64,000 nt of DNA, taken from an uncultured virus (IMG/VR IMGVR_UViG_3300011258_000941). Lineage: Duplodnaviria > Heunggongvirae > Uroviricota > Caudoviricetes. Shown here piece by piece: positions 18,479 through 28,365 of this stretch. The stretch's first letter is position 1; the number at the start of each line of letters is the position of its first letter. Under the pieces are notes generated by a model. The model had not been told where the DNA came from and ran no database searches. It saw nothing but the letters and a program-made list of their open reading frames with translations. The position numbers were made by a program, and so were the translations under genes. The stretch lies in the IMG/VR virus record IMGVR_UViG_3300011258_000941, one strand, 5' to 3'.

Positions 18479-19033
18479 ATGGAAGAAGAAATTAACGAAA
18501 ACGAATTTGAACATTGGGTATTTGACAGGAGCGACGGAACCTTGCCGCTTGAAAACGGTACGGTCGCCTTTGTTGTTGCCGTACAAGAAAAGGTCACGAA
18601 ATACTACCGTGTGTACGGAGTAAAAACGAAACAGGAAGTCCGTGAACTTTACGAGTACGAAAATTTCGGTGAAGGCATCTTTGAAGGAAGAGGGTCTATT
18701 GAAAAAGACGGTTGGACTGAGTACGATGGGTCAAGAATTACAAGCATAGAGAAGCACACCTTCTCTCCCTGTGGTTTCTTTGACAAGTACCTCACGCCAC
18801 CTGCCGACGCTCCCGAATCAGTGACAAAATACCTCTCATCATCAACAGTGTTTGATGTGCAACCCGAAGGGAGTGGGCTTCTGTCGCCGTTCAGCAAGAA
18901 TCGCATCTATCGCAGGTATCACCAATGCAAACAATTAGTTAAGGGTAAAAATAATGTTGTCTGTGACGGTTGCATGAGAAGAATCAACAACGGTTGGTGC
19001 ATCATCAAACCTGTCAAGGAGGAATCACAATGA
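18479..19033 (+). CDS. Hypothetical protein
   Basis: GGAGG RBS before MEEEINE. Confidence 0.7.
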   Translation: MEEEINENEFEHWVFDRSDGTLPLENGTVAFVVAVQEKVTKYYRVYGVKTKQEVRELYEYENFGEGIFEGRGSIEKDGWTEYDGSRITSIEKHTFSPCGFFDKYLTPPADAPESVTKYLSSSTVFDVQPEGSGLLSPFSKNRIYRRYHQCKQLVKGKNNVVCDGCMRRINNGWCIIKPVKEESQ

Positions 19034-19326
19034 GCGAAGTCACCAAATGTTCAATTTGTCTTGCGCCTGTGCATGAGCATTCGCACAACGGCGAAGTGTA
19101 TTGGTCGGGCGGCCACAACGCTCAACCCATCAACGCCGGTCGGTGTTGTGATTCGTGCAACACCCACATAGTTTTAGTGCAAAGGTTCTGTAATATCGGT
19201 AGAGTCCCGATGGATTCTCAATTGCCGACAGGAAAAGAATTGACTAAATTCGCTCAAGCCATGCGGGTTCGCTACGATGAAACGACTGCCGACACAATAG
19301 CGAAAGTATTGGGGGATTTAAGATGA
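19030..19326 (+). CDS. Zn-binding hypothetical protein
   Basis: CSIC...GHNAQP...GRCCDSCN. Confidence 0.7.
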   Translation: MSEVTKCSICLAPVHEHSHNGEVYWSGGHNAQPINAGRCCDSCNTHIVLVQRFCNIGRVPMDSQLPTGKELTKFAQAMRVRYDETTADTIAKVLGDLR

Positions 19327-19489
19327 CTCGGTTCGGTTGGTACGATGTTCGCTATGCGATTTGTCCTTCATGTGGAAAAGTTTCTCCACCGTGGTTTTAC
19401 CTCAAAGATATTCAAGAGTGGTGCAACGACCACAAATCATCATGTGATGTAACTTCCTTCAAAGTGGAAGCATATTTGGAGGGGAACTG

Positions 19490-19789
19490 ATGGGTCGCGA
19501 TTTAACTTTAACTCAATTAGAAAACCTCGTTGTTGAAATGATTGGTGAAGATGCTACCTCCGAAGGTATCTTCTTGACCGACCGTAAGATTTGGGTTTCC
19601 AATATCAATGTTATGCGGGCCACCTGCCCCACCTGTGGACAGGAATTTGTCGGGCCGGACTACAATGTGTTTCACTTGCTCGCTACCCATGAGTACGGAC
19701 ACGCTAAGATGCTTGATATGGCTAAACAGGCGGCGTTCATGGAATACGATGATGAAGATGACGACAAAAAAGGTGGTGTGCCGATTTGA
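19490..19789 (+). CDS. C2H2-like Zn-finger protein
   Basis: CPTC...HEYGH, acidic tail. Confidence 0.65.
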   Translation: MGRDLTLTQLENLVVEMIGEDATSEGIFLTDRKIWVSNINVMRATCPTCGQEFVGPDYNVFHLLATHEYGHAKMLDMAKQAAFMEYDDEDDDKKGGVPI

Positions 19790-20295
19790 AGTGCTACATC
19801 TATTGTTGGAAAGACACCGAAGAACCAATCAACCCGTTGTTCTATGCGGGCTTGGGTTCACCATTCAAACTCTCCCCCGACTTTCAATTTGCCGAATCTG
19901 TTGATTTCGGTACTATTGGCTCAAACATACTTCACAACCAATTGGAAAAGACTTATCGTAAAGACTTTTATTTCGTACAGATTGAAGATGTTGTGAGCAA
20001 GCCCGACCACCGATGTTTCAAGTGTGGTTTGGGTTGGACAATAAAGGAATTGCGAGTGATTGCCGAAACTGACCCTCATGGTCACAAAACAACAATTTAC
20101 GATACGCACTTAGGTTCCCCACTGCGTCAAGATGAAAAAACTGCAAAAACCTTTAGCAAAAAGATATTTTACGCACGACGATGCAAAAATGAAGAATGTA
20201 TGACATTGTATTGTGCGGATTGCGCCCCACCAAACCGAGGCACAAATTCAAAGGCTTGTGATGATTGCCGACCCGCAAAGAGGTGGGAACGGTAA
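19786..20295 (+). CDS. Cys-rich hypothetical protein
   Basis: Multiple CxxC; TTG start overlapping the previous stop. Confidence 0.6.
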   Translation: MKCYIYCWKDTEEPINPLFYAGLGSPFKLSPDFQFAESVDFGTIGSNILHNQLEKTYRKDFYFVQIEDVVSKPDHRCFKCGLGWTIKELRVIAETDPHGHKTTIYDTHLGSPLRQDEKTAKTFSKKIFYARRCKNEECMTLYCADCAPPNRGTNSKACDDCRPAKRWER

Positions 20296-20297
20296 TC

Positions 20298-20332
20298 CGA
20301 CTAAAATTACCACTACCGACAAGTTTATATAC
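20298..20332 (+). promoter_or_regulatory. Promoter with inverted CGACTAAA site
   Basis: CGACTAAA 20298-20305, TTATATAC 20325. Confidence 0.65.
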
Positions 20333-20383
20333 AGGCATCGGTATGGGTAAACATGGGCGGAGTAGCCCGATGGAGGACTGAAA

Positions 20384-20965
20384 ATGATAAGAACAATTAA
20401 CGGAAAAGAATACGACACGAACAACCTTTGGTATGTGGGCGACCCATGCTATGTGGTTGCTGATGAACATTGGGGCGAGTTTTGCACAAGAACATATTGC
20501 GATGAAGCGAAAGCCTTCGCTCATTCCTATTGGGGTGACAACGGCCAACACTGCGATTCAATCATTGAGTGGGGTGGTGAGAAAATCACCATTTGGCGCA
20601 ACGGTGGCGACGGTACTTGGGAGTTTAGTTTTAGCGAAAGAAAAAAACCTCTCAACGGTCGCCGTTCTTCATTCGGTGTTGATGCGGGCATCTTTGCTAT
20701 TATGCCCCTAAAAATACTTGACATTGATATGATGACTACCGAGAGACTCATGAGATTAGGTTTGATATTTGACAAAGAACCCGACCTCCATGTGGAAGAC
20801 GATATAATCTATGTCAATGACCAACACGACGAGTCCGTGACCGAATGCCCCGATTTCCGGTGTCGTCGCCTCCTTACTTGGGATGAAATAGAAACCTGCG
20901 AGAACGGTACTTGTGAAGGTTGCTTCCAATGCTTTGATTGCGACTGTGTAGGTGAAGAAGAATGA
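20384..20965 (+). CDS. DUF4241-like protein with C-terminal Cys cluster
   Basis: VGDPCYV, GGDG, FGVDAG motifs. Confidence 0.55.
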   Translation: MIRTINGKEYDTNNLWYVGDPCYVVADEHWGEFCTRTYCDEAKAFAHSYWGDNGQHCDSIIEWGGEKITIWRNGGDGTWEFSFSERKKPLNGRRSSFGVDAGIFAIMPLKILDIDMMTTERLMRLGLIFDKEPDLHVEDDIIYVNDQHDESVTECPDFRCRRLLTWDEIETCENGTCEGCFQCFDCDCVGEEE

Positions 20966-21092
20966 AATGCGATATGTGCTTAGAAGAGAATGCTGAAACA
21001 AGAGGGCTAAGATGCGGGAAATACAAAGTGTGCGACCCATGTATTACAAAGTCCATTGAAGCAAGAATGTTTTTGATTGGGAGAGATAAACA

Positions 21093-21647
21093 ATGAACAT
21101 ATTCATACTTGACAACGACCCCGTAAAAGCGGCCCGCATGGTATGTGACTCTCACGCAAGCAAGATGTGTGTTGAAGGCGTACAGATGCTTGTTAGCGGC
21201 TTGCTCAACAACGGCGCACCTGCTGACCGAATGCCTCTCACCAAGACGACCGGCAAGCCCCACAAAGGCGGCTACAAGAATCATCCGGCGACCAAGTGGG
21301 CATCCGAAAATATCGCAAATTGGATTTGGCTTCTTAGCCACACCCAAGAATTGTGTCGTCAATTCAAGATACGGTTTGGTAAAATACATTTCGCACAAGA
21401 GCAAATTGATGGTCTGTACGGTGCTTGTGCGTGGGCGGACTACCTACCCGACTTGGAGGAAAAGACACCGTTTGCTCGTTGCCTCAACCAATCACAAGGT
21501 CGCAACCTTGACCTCTTGGATAGAGAAAAATACACAGATGTTCAAGCGTACCGAACCTTTTATATCCGAGAGAAGAGAGGGTTTGCTACTTGGGACAAGG
21601 GAGTACCCGCACCGTTATGGTGGCCCCAATCGGAGGAATTGAAATGA
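21093..21647 (+). CDS. Pyrimidine-dimer DNA glycosylase (T4 endonuclease V-like family)
   Basis: MNIFILDNDPVKAARMVCDSHASKMCVEGVQML, YKNHPATKW, AYRTFY...W. Confidence 0.85.
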   Translation: MNIFILDNDPVKAARMVCDSHASKMCVEGVQMLVSGLLNNGAPADRMPLTKTTGKPHKGGYKNHPATKWASENIANWIWLLSHTQELCRQFKIRFGKIHFAQEQIDGLYGACAWADYLPDLEEKTPFARCLNQSQGRNLDLLDREKYTDVQAYRTFYIREKRGFATWDKGVPAPLWWPQSEELK

Positions 21648-21952
21648 ATGTTATACCAAAACCATTTGAAGGAAAAGAATGCACCCACGAAGATTACGAA
21701 ACCGCTATGAGTTTTACCGGCGACACTTGGGAAATAGATTACCATTGTGATATTTGCGAGGGTTCCAATGCTTTCATTTTACCTGCTGACTCTTTCGTTA
21801 AAGTTAAGTTTGATTGGTACGAAGCAAAACCTATCTGTGTTGAATGCGAATTGACTCAAGAAAACTGCTGTTGTCAAGTGTGTGAAGACTGTGGAGCAGG
21901 AGAAGAACACCATTACGACATGAAATGTGAAATCTGTTTGGAGGAAGAATGA
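21644..21952 (+). CDS. Cys-rich hypothetical protein
   Basis: Several CxxC pairs. Confidence 0.65.
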   Translation: MNVIPKPFEGKECTHEDYETAMSFTGDTWEIDYHCDICEGSNAFILPADSFVKVKFDWYEAKPICVECELTQENCCCQVCEDCGAGEEHHYDMKCEICLEEE

Positions 21953-22254
21953 TGGGAAGAAAGAAACCAAGAAATTTACTCCTAAAACAAAGAGTCATCA
22001 AGATTCTCAAGGATAGCGACCGAGTTATTTCAGCCAATGAAATGATTACACTTCTCATCAATAGTGGACTCCACCAAATGTTCATACCATGCTCGTCAAA
22101 CTCCCTCGCTCAAATTCTAAGAGCGACAAAAGGAGTTTCCAAGTCCGACGAAGTATGGACTTCGGAAATGGGAAACAATTATGTTTCAGCCGGATATTAT
22201 CTTGAGAGTGAGGAAGCCTTCAATTCGTGGGTTGAATCAAAAATGGTGAATTGA
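21949..22254 (+). CDS. Winged-helix DNA-binding protein
   Basis: VIKILKDSDRVISANEMITLL...SNSLAQILR. Confidence 0.65.
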   Translation: MMGRKKPRNLLLKQRVIKILKDSDRVISANEMITLLINSGLHQMFIPCSSNSLAQILRATKGVSKSDEVWTSEMGNNYVSAGYYLESEEAFNSWVESKMVN

Positions 22255-23079
22255 TTGCGGATTGGTTCTTGGTTATTTTGTCGTCCTACTGATTTAGAAG
22301 TAACCTATTATTACCCCTATTCTAAAAAGGGTAAGAACCATGTCTTTCAACCGTACTTCGGATTAGAAACTCCAAGCGGTCATGTCGTCGTACACGGCAA
22401 ACGCTCCCTATGGTCACTGTTTGACTCTCTCTTCCCCGACAACCCATTACCACGCAACGCCGTTAATGATGACCTCAAAGACCCTATGGTTGGAAGGGAG
22501 GTTATCAATGGTCTTCTCAACGATTCGGAAGCATGGCCCCACCTACGACTTCAAGTTAGAACCGGAGATTGGAAAGACCATAGCGGAAGACCGACTAAAG
22601 GAACATTCGTTTTATCGGCATCACCCTCCGCTTCCGATTATGATATTACCCCAAATTTACTTTTGCTTGAGAAAACCACCAAAGAATCGTACACCATCCC
22701 AATTACTATTCACACAAAAACAAAACTAAGAACCATACCATCGGTAGTCATCCCGCTTGATAATGACCAAGATTACAAAGTTATAGTCACGGATTCTATC
22801 GGTGGGAATCACCTTATCTTTTCCATAATAGAAAAGTCGGGTTCCACTTTCCGTCCCCAAAGGATGAATAAATTTCCTGCTTCCGGTATTCAAGACCTAT
22901 GTTCCGACATTGAATCAAGGCTCGCACATCTAAAAAAATTGAGAAACGAAAGAATACTTTTCCCCGAAATGTCTCCACTTGATGCGGGGATGAGATTTTA
23001 CGAGCGTGACGATTTAGAGTTTCGTCGCTTCCAATCAATCAATTCTTTTTCTTCCTTACCTACCCCACAAAAAGAATAA
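22255..23079 (+). CDS. Hypothetical protein (274 aa)
   Basis: GGTGA RBS with TTG start; long ORF. Confidence 0.7.
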   Translation: MRIGSWLFCRPTDLEVTYYYPYSKKGKNHVFQPYFGLETPSGHVVVHGKRSLWSLFDSLFPDNPLPRNAVNDDLKDPMVGREVINGLLNDSEAWPHLRLQVRTGDWKDHSGRPTKGTFVLSASPSASDYDITPNLLLLEKTTKESYTIPITIHTKTKLRTIPSVVIPLDNDQDYKVIVTDSIGGNHLIFSIIEKSGSTFRPQRMNKFPASGIQDLCSDIESRLAHLKKLRNERILFPEMSPLDAGMRFYERDDLEFRRFQSINSFSSLPTPQKE

Positions 23080-23104
23080 ACCGCTTTACTGAAAGCCTAA
23101 TTTC

Positions 23105-23239
23105 TAATTCTTTCAATACTTCAAAGGTGTTTTAGTAAAGGCTTTCTATTATCTATACTACTACTTCTTCTTACAACCCTATGAAACAATAAAAGAATTA
23201 ACGCTTCCACCACTTAGTCATGCGTTTATTTCTTTTTGT
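23105..23239. repeat. AT-rich origin-like element, copy B
   Basis: Matches 4259-4320 with conserved spacing; immediately upstream of the replication operon. Confidence 0.75.
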
Positions 23240-23295
23240 CATCATGGAATTAACTGAAACAATTCCTTTATAGCCCTACAACCACAGGATAAGAT

Positions 23296-23703
23296 ATGGG
23301 AAGTAACACGACAGGAGCAAGAATGCTTGAACGAATATGGTTCTTTGTTGAACAGACGGGCGGAAGGATGCGTACTGATGAAATCCATCAGCACTACATC
23401 AACACCTACGATGACCTACCCCGTATGGCTGACATGACACAACGCTTGTTGAAGTCCGGTCTGTTCAAGCGGGTAGGATGGGAAAACCGAAAGACGGGAG
23501 AGTTTACAGAAACCTCTTTGGGTATCAAGGACTTGGCGAGAATCGGTCTTGTCAATTCAAATCTTGTCTGTGTCGTGGAGTCAAAACCAATTGACGAAAT
23601 CATTGATTCATACATGAACAACAAATCAACACTTCGCAAACTATCCCGCCAACCCTCCTTCGTCAAGGCGGCGGTCAAAGAAGCAAAGGCGGTGAACCAA
23701 TGA
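23296..23703 (+). CDS. Winged-helix-like protein
   Basis: TTATA 28 nt before ATG; MRTDEIHQHY...LLKSGLFKRVG. Confidence 0.65.
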   Translation: MGSNTTGARMLERIWFFVEQTGGRMRTDEIHQHYINTYDDLPRMADMTQRLLKSGLFKRVGWENRKTGEFTETSLGIKDLARIGLVNSNLVCVVESKPIDEIIDSYMNNKSTLRKLSRQPSFVKAAVKEAKAVNQ

Positions 23704-24446
23704 CACTAACACAAACAGGTACGGTGGATTTCTATTGGAACGGGCCTACACATAACTTTAACCCTAAAAATGTTCTCGTCTATGTTGAAGGTGAATATGG
23801 ATTCATCCCTCTTATTGTTGGGAAAGCACTTGAGGGTGAAAAGAAACCCTACATTGAAATCATGTCCGAGAAACAATCGGTTGAGGCTTTCAATCAAATG
23901 CCTAACACAATGAATCCGTCATGGACAATCACTCAATTGAACCGTGACACCGTTTCCGTCGCAATCAGTAATTGGTGGCCGATGGAAATTGATTTGGCTT
24001 CCAATCCCGATATGTGGTCAAAAGCCTACCCAATGCTTCGTGACATTATTCTTTTCTTAAAAGAACATGGCGCACAATCATTGACATTCTTTACTTGCAT
24101 GAACAATCAAGAAGCCGATGAAGTGGCCGAATTGCTTGTGTACGATATGCACAATGACTTCCGCCCAACACAAGATTTGATTCTCGCTCCGCCCGCTTGG
24201 ATTATGCCTTTCGTTGGGCATCGCATGGGACTGCGATGTAGTGTTGTCGCTACCACCCAAGATGAAGGGCTATTCGTTGATGATAAAGCCCTCTCTCTCG
24301 CAAAGGATTACTTCTTGGCTATCGGTTTAGCATGGGATGAAAACAAGGCCGAGAACACGCACGCAACGCTAAAAAACATGGAGGTTGATTTAACCTCCCA
24401 ACGCTTCTTAGTGGATGATGATGAAGAAGGAGGATGGCTCGCTTGA
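23700..24446 (+). CDS. PAC2-like (proteasome assembly chaperone fold) protein
   Basis: VYVEGEYGFIPLIVGKAL and the C-terminal GLRCSVVA...VDDKALSLAKDYFLAIGLAWD pattern resemble the PAC2 family. Confidence 0.5.
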   Translation: MTLTQTGTVDFYWNGPTHNFNPKNVLVYVEGEYGFIPLIVGKALEGEKKPYIEIMSEKQSVEAFNQMPNTMNPSWTITQLNRDTVSVAISNWWPMEIDLASNPDMWSKAYPMLRDIILFLKEHGAQSLTFFTCMNNQEADEVAELLVYDMHNDFRPTQDLILAPPAWIMPFVGHRMGLRCSVVATTQDEGLFVDDKALSLAKDYFLAIGLAWDENKAENTHATLKNMEVDLTSQRFLVDDDEEGGWLA

Positions 24447-25777
24447 CAAAAATTATTGACCGACTTATTTCTTTCGCAAAAGCAAATCACTATGTTGATG
24501 TTGAAGACAAAATCCCAATCTTTGCTTGTTCCATCGGAGCGCACATCTTTAACGCTATCAACAAATGTAGCCGGTGCGACTTTGACCCACTACACAACGC
24601 CGATTTCAATATCCCAAACTGCCCGCTACGACATAACTTCCCGCCCATCTACACCCCAATGTCACAATTGGCTGACACGAGGGTACATATTCTCATGCGT
24701 GGAGAAAAGGGTTCCGGTAAAAGTATGTTAATCAATATGTTTCTTTCCGAAGGCACAGGCATTCTTTACAGTCCAACGGCCTTCAACGAAGGCAACGGAT
24801 TCCGAACCATGCTTGGCCCTAACTCCATCACAGAAGCCGGTATGTTCGGGTCTGTTGATGAAGACGGTAACATAATGGGTCGCCCTCTCGCTCGTGATAT
24901 GTGCGGAGGATTTCTCGGCTTTGAGGAATCATCTTCTCTCACCGATGCAAACAAGAAAGACCACAGTACGGATATGAAAAACCAATTGCTCACTTCCCTT
25001 GACAACGGGCGCGTACAGAAAGCCATGCGAAGTGGGTGGGTACAATACAATACCCGTTATACTATGTGGGGCGGTACTCAACCTTCTCGTCTTGAAATGG
25101 AATCCGGTCTTGACCGTCGCCTGTTCATCATTGATATTGAAATGTCCCTTGAGAAAGAAGCACTTTACAAGGAGGCACAACACAAACAATCCAACATGAC
25201 TCGTGAAGAACGAGCCTTGCTCGCAAGCGAAGTCATCAACATTCGCTCTTGGATTAACACGCGAATGCTTGAAGCAATCTTTGACCCGCCAAGTGGTGTT
25301 CAATTCTCCGATGAATTGGGTGCGTGGCTTTCCCGTCCCGACCTCCGTTCTTTTGAGGTTGATTTATTCCGTCGCCTCGCCATAGGGTATGCTATGCTTA
25401 CCGATGAATGGGTAGGTAATACAGTGCTAAAAATAACTCTTGATGAGAAACTACTCGGCCTTCTTGAATCCGCTTTGATGATGCGTCGTTCCGTCATGGA
25501 CTCCGATGCTCGGCTCATCAAGGAAGCGTTTTGGATGCAAGACATAACCAAGTCCACCTTGCTAAAAGAAATCGCTCGTATCATTACTGCCGGAGATTAC
25601 ACGGCGGCAAAACGGTGGATTGATGATAACCTCGTCGGTCAATCGTGGTACTGTGAATATACTCCTAAAAGTAAGGGTCGTGGGCGGAAGGGTGTTATGT
25701 GCCGAATCGGAACCTTAACAGACCCAAACCAAGTGAAACAAAAGTGGGGTGAATCCGATGAAGAAACAAATGGTTGA
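24434..25777 (+). CDS. MCM-like AAA+ replicative helicase (short)
   Basis: VHILMRGEKGSGKS, SITEAGMFGSV, GGFLGFEE, LLTSLDNG, GLDRR. Confidence 0.75.
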   Translation: MARLTKIIDRLISFAKANHYVDVEDKIPIFACSIGAHIFNAINKCSRCDFDPLHNADFNIPNCPLRHNFPPIYTPMSQLADTRVHILMRGEKGSGKSMLINMFLSEGTGILYSPTAFNEGNGFRTMLGPNSITEAGMFGSVDEDGNIMGRPLARDMCGGFLGFEESSSLTDANKKDHSTDMKNQLLTSLDNGRVQKAMRSGWVQYNTRYTMWGGTQPSRLEMESGLDRRLFIIDIEMSLEKEALYKEAQHKQSNMTREERALLASEVINIRSWINTRMLEAIFDPPSGVQFSDELGAWLSRPDLRSFEVDLFRRLAIGYAMLTDEWVGNTVLKITLDEKLLGLLESALMMRRSVMDSDARLIKEAFWMQDITKSTLLKEIARIITAGDYTAAKRWIDDNLVGQSWYCEYTPKSKGRGRKGVMCRIGTLTDPNQVKQKWGESDEETNG

Positions 25778-26579
25778 TTTATTCTGTGGTGCAGGGGGAG
25801 TTACGGAAGGGGCTTTGCGGGCAGGTTTTGAAATAGTGCTTGCTATGGACAAGTGGCCCGAAGCGATACAAACATACCGATTAAACCACCCCGAAATAGA
25901 AACCTACTGCTTTGATTTGGACACATCGCCATCCATTGTGGCTCAAATGATTACTCCTTATCTTGACGACGACGCTCACTTTCACCTTCATGGTTCCCCA
26001 CCATGTCAAGCACTTTCAAACGCTTCATGGAACACCGAACCCGAAAATGGTCTTCGTATGGTCGTGTGGTTTTACGAATTGGTTGATATATTGAAACCGG
26101 ATTCATTTTCAATGGAAAGTGTTTGGGGAGTAAAGCCTTTCTTGGAAGAAAACAATAAGCGTTATAGTTTTGTGAACAGTGCTGATTACGGAGTACCCCA
26201 ACGAAGGAGAAGAATTTTTGCCGGTGAAGGTTGGAAACTTCACCCCTCCCATATGGGGCATTGGGTTTCAACGGCTGACGCATTACCTCACCATGAAGGC
26301 AAAGACTTCACTCCCGTTGAGTGTATGAAGAAACGATGGAAGATGACCATAAATGACCCGTACCCAACAATAACAACAAAAATACGAAGTCAAATTAAAA
26401 TTGGCGGCAAAACATTATCGCATAAGGATTTGGTCACGCTTCAAGGTTGGGAAGGTTTTATTTGGGATAAAAATACTAACCTTCTTGACATTGAGGTAAT
26501 GATTGGTAATATGGTCAATCCCCCTATCATTGAGAATATGCTAACCAATTTAGAACCAACAAATTACGAATGGGTGTGA
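25758..26579 (+). CDS. C5-cytosine DNA methyltransferase
   Basis: DLFCGAGG, GSPPCQ, MESV (ENV variant), YGVPQRRRRIF, IGNMV. Confidence 0.9.
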   Translation: MKKQMVDLFCGAGGVTEGALRAGFEIVLAMDKWPEAIQTYRLNHPEIETYCFDLDTSPSIVAQMITPYLDDDAHFHLHGSPPCQALSNASWNTEPENGLRMVVWFYELVDILKPDSFSMESVWGVKPFLEENNKRYSFVNSADYGVPQRRRRIFAGEGWKLHPSHMGHWVSTADALPHHEGKDFTPVECMKKRWKMTINDPYPTITTKIRSQIKIGGKTLSHKDLVTLQGWEGFIWDKNTNLLDIEVMIGNMVNPPIIENMLTNLEPTNYEWV

Positions 26580-26581
26580 AC

Positions 26582-27211
26582 ATGAGAACGAAGAAAGAAA
26601 TTGAACAACGGCTTGCCGGAGAAATGAATGCGCTAACGATTGACACCCTTCGGTGGGTTCTTGACACACCGATTTGTCCTATGTGTGGAATCAGCACACG
26701 GAAAGACCTTGAGGTTGAGGTTCACATTGGGAATGTTAGTACCGCATATTTAGAGGAAAAGTATTCTTGGCCCATCGGTACAGTGATGACCCACATGGAT
26801 GACCATGTGGATTATGACCCCGAAGAAGCGAAGCACATGGAATCCATGCGATACGAGAGCATAAACACACTTGATGCGGCACAGGACATTGTTAGCCGTC
26901 TTCTTGGGTGGCTTGATGAATTGGAAGCCGTCAAGGATAGCGAAGGAGGTATCACTTCGGAATGGGTAACTGATGCGGCTAAATTGGTTGCACAGGCAAA
27001 CACTTCTCTCCGACTCGTCGGACAATTGAAGAAAGAAATCGGTGTTGATTCTCAATTGCTTTTAGCACAAAAGCAAATGGATGGTGTCATGGGTGTGCTT
27101 GTCAATACCCTTCGTGACCAACCACAATTGCTTGACATGATAGAGTTACAGGTGGCCGCATTGAAGCCACCGACCCATGTTCAAGATGTTGATTTTGAGG
27201 TGATGGATTGA
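26582..27211 (+). CDS. Zn/HTH plus coiled-coil protein (possible terminase small subunit)
   Basis: CPMC...HMDDH followed by helical oligomerisation-like region; the function is a guess. Confidence 0.45.
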   Translation: MRTKKEIEQRLAGEMNALTIDTLRWVLDTPICPMCGISTRKDLEVEVHIGNVSTAYLEEKYSWPIGTVMTHMDDHVDYDPEEAKHMESMRYESINTLDAAQDIVSRLLGWLDELEAVKDSEGGITSEWVTDAAKLVAQANTSLRLVGQLKKEIGVDSQLLLAQKQMDGVMGVLVNTLRDQPQLLDMIELQVAALKPPTHVQDVDFEVMD

Positions 27212-27489
27212 AGAAGTGGAGAAGTGGCTCGGCCAAAACATTCTATGCTCGTCCTATCAAGAAGATAGAGTACCCAATACTCATCAAGGCTATGATTGAG
27301 GATGGACTAAATGCTGAAATTACTGATAAGGGAATAGTATGGTATCATGGTGATTACCAAATACAAACTAAGTCTGTGCGAAAGGTTTGGGGTCTAAGTA
27401 TTCACCAATTCCGAAGTTTCCAAAGCCACATTTTTGAAAAGAATCCGTTTGGTGGATATTATGAAGGGAATAATTATCTTAACGACTGA
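27208..27489 (+). CDS. Hypothetical protein
   Basis: GAGGTGA RBS, TTG start. Confidence 0.6.
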   Translation: MKKWRSGSAKTFYARPIKKIEYPILIKAMIEDGLNAEITDKGIVWYHGDYQIQTKSVRKVWGLSIHQFRSFQSHIFEKNPFGGYYEGNNYLND

Positions 27490-28132
27490 CGAGCGAGCAT
27501 ACCGTCAAGGTGCAGTCATTGAAACAGGTGCTTTCATTCATCCTCCGACAAGGGAAGACATAACCTACATCGTGCATTTGCGTAAAGTCACGGAGAAGGA
27601 AATCAAACGGTGGCTTGACATTGTGGGTTATCGTCTTGTCATCGTGATTGACAAACTCCCAACACTTTCAAAAGATATTAAGGAAGAAATAATAATTGAC
27701 AAATCTTTACTTGTCGGTAAACCGAATCACAAGAGACAGATTGACGCACTGTTCCGTTGGACAGACAGGCAACGGGTACACAATGCTTTCAAAGGAATGC
27801 CGATACCTCTTGCCGTATCATTTTTACGGGAAAACAAAAAGGATGATATGCACCTGTGGCGATTGCTCGCTGATGTGCAATACACCCTCCCGACAGAATA
27901 TGCGGAAGCCGTGATGGTTTACTCTATCAAGCCTTCAAGAGTCACTGTTAAGTGGCCTAAGAAGAAAGCCAAGCAGGATGAGCGACCAACCATCTTCCGT
28001 GAATCCGATGTGTATTGGAGAGAAATAATCAACGCCGACAAGAAGGTTCGCAACACCGTTAGGTCGGAAAACATTGAAAGGCTTCCTAAGTCCGTCAAGA
28101 AACGGAAAGAGAAGGTCTTGGAATGGTTATGA
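27461..28132 (+). CDS. Hypothetical protein ending KVLEWL
   Basis: GGTGG RBS; basic C-terminus. Confidence 0.7.
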   Translation: MKGIIILTTDERAYRQGAVIETGAFIHPPTREDITYIVHLRKVTEKEIKRWLDIVGYRLVIVIDKLPTLSKDIKEEIIIDKSLLVGKPNHKRQIDALFRWTDRQRVHNAFKGMPIPLAVSFLRENKKDDMHLWRLLADVQYTLPTEYAEAVMVYSIKPSRVTVKWPKKKAKQDERPTIFRESDVYWREIINADKKVRNTVRSENIERLPKSVKKRKEKVLEWL

Positions 28133-28323
28133 CATACGGTGACATTTCTTTTATTTTAACAGTATTATTTACTTATGGTTGCTACGCTTACACCAAGCGT
28201 CATAACCGAATCACCCGATGGAAAATTCAACAAATAGAGAACGGTAACTACGAAGGCTCTCCTACCTACGAAGGCCAACCGATGCCGCACGACATGAACG
28301 CTCTCATGTGGTATGACCTATAA
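28129..28323 (+). CDS. Small membrane protein
   Basis: N-terminal hydrophobic helix. Confidence 0.55.
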   Translation: MTYGDISFILTVLFTYGCYAYTKRHNRITRWKIQQIENGNYEGSPTYEGQPMPHDMNALMWYDL

Positions 28324-28365
28324 TTATTCGGTACGCTTAAATTAAGTGCAAAGATAAGGTTAAAC

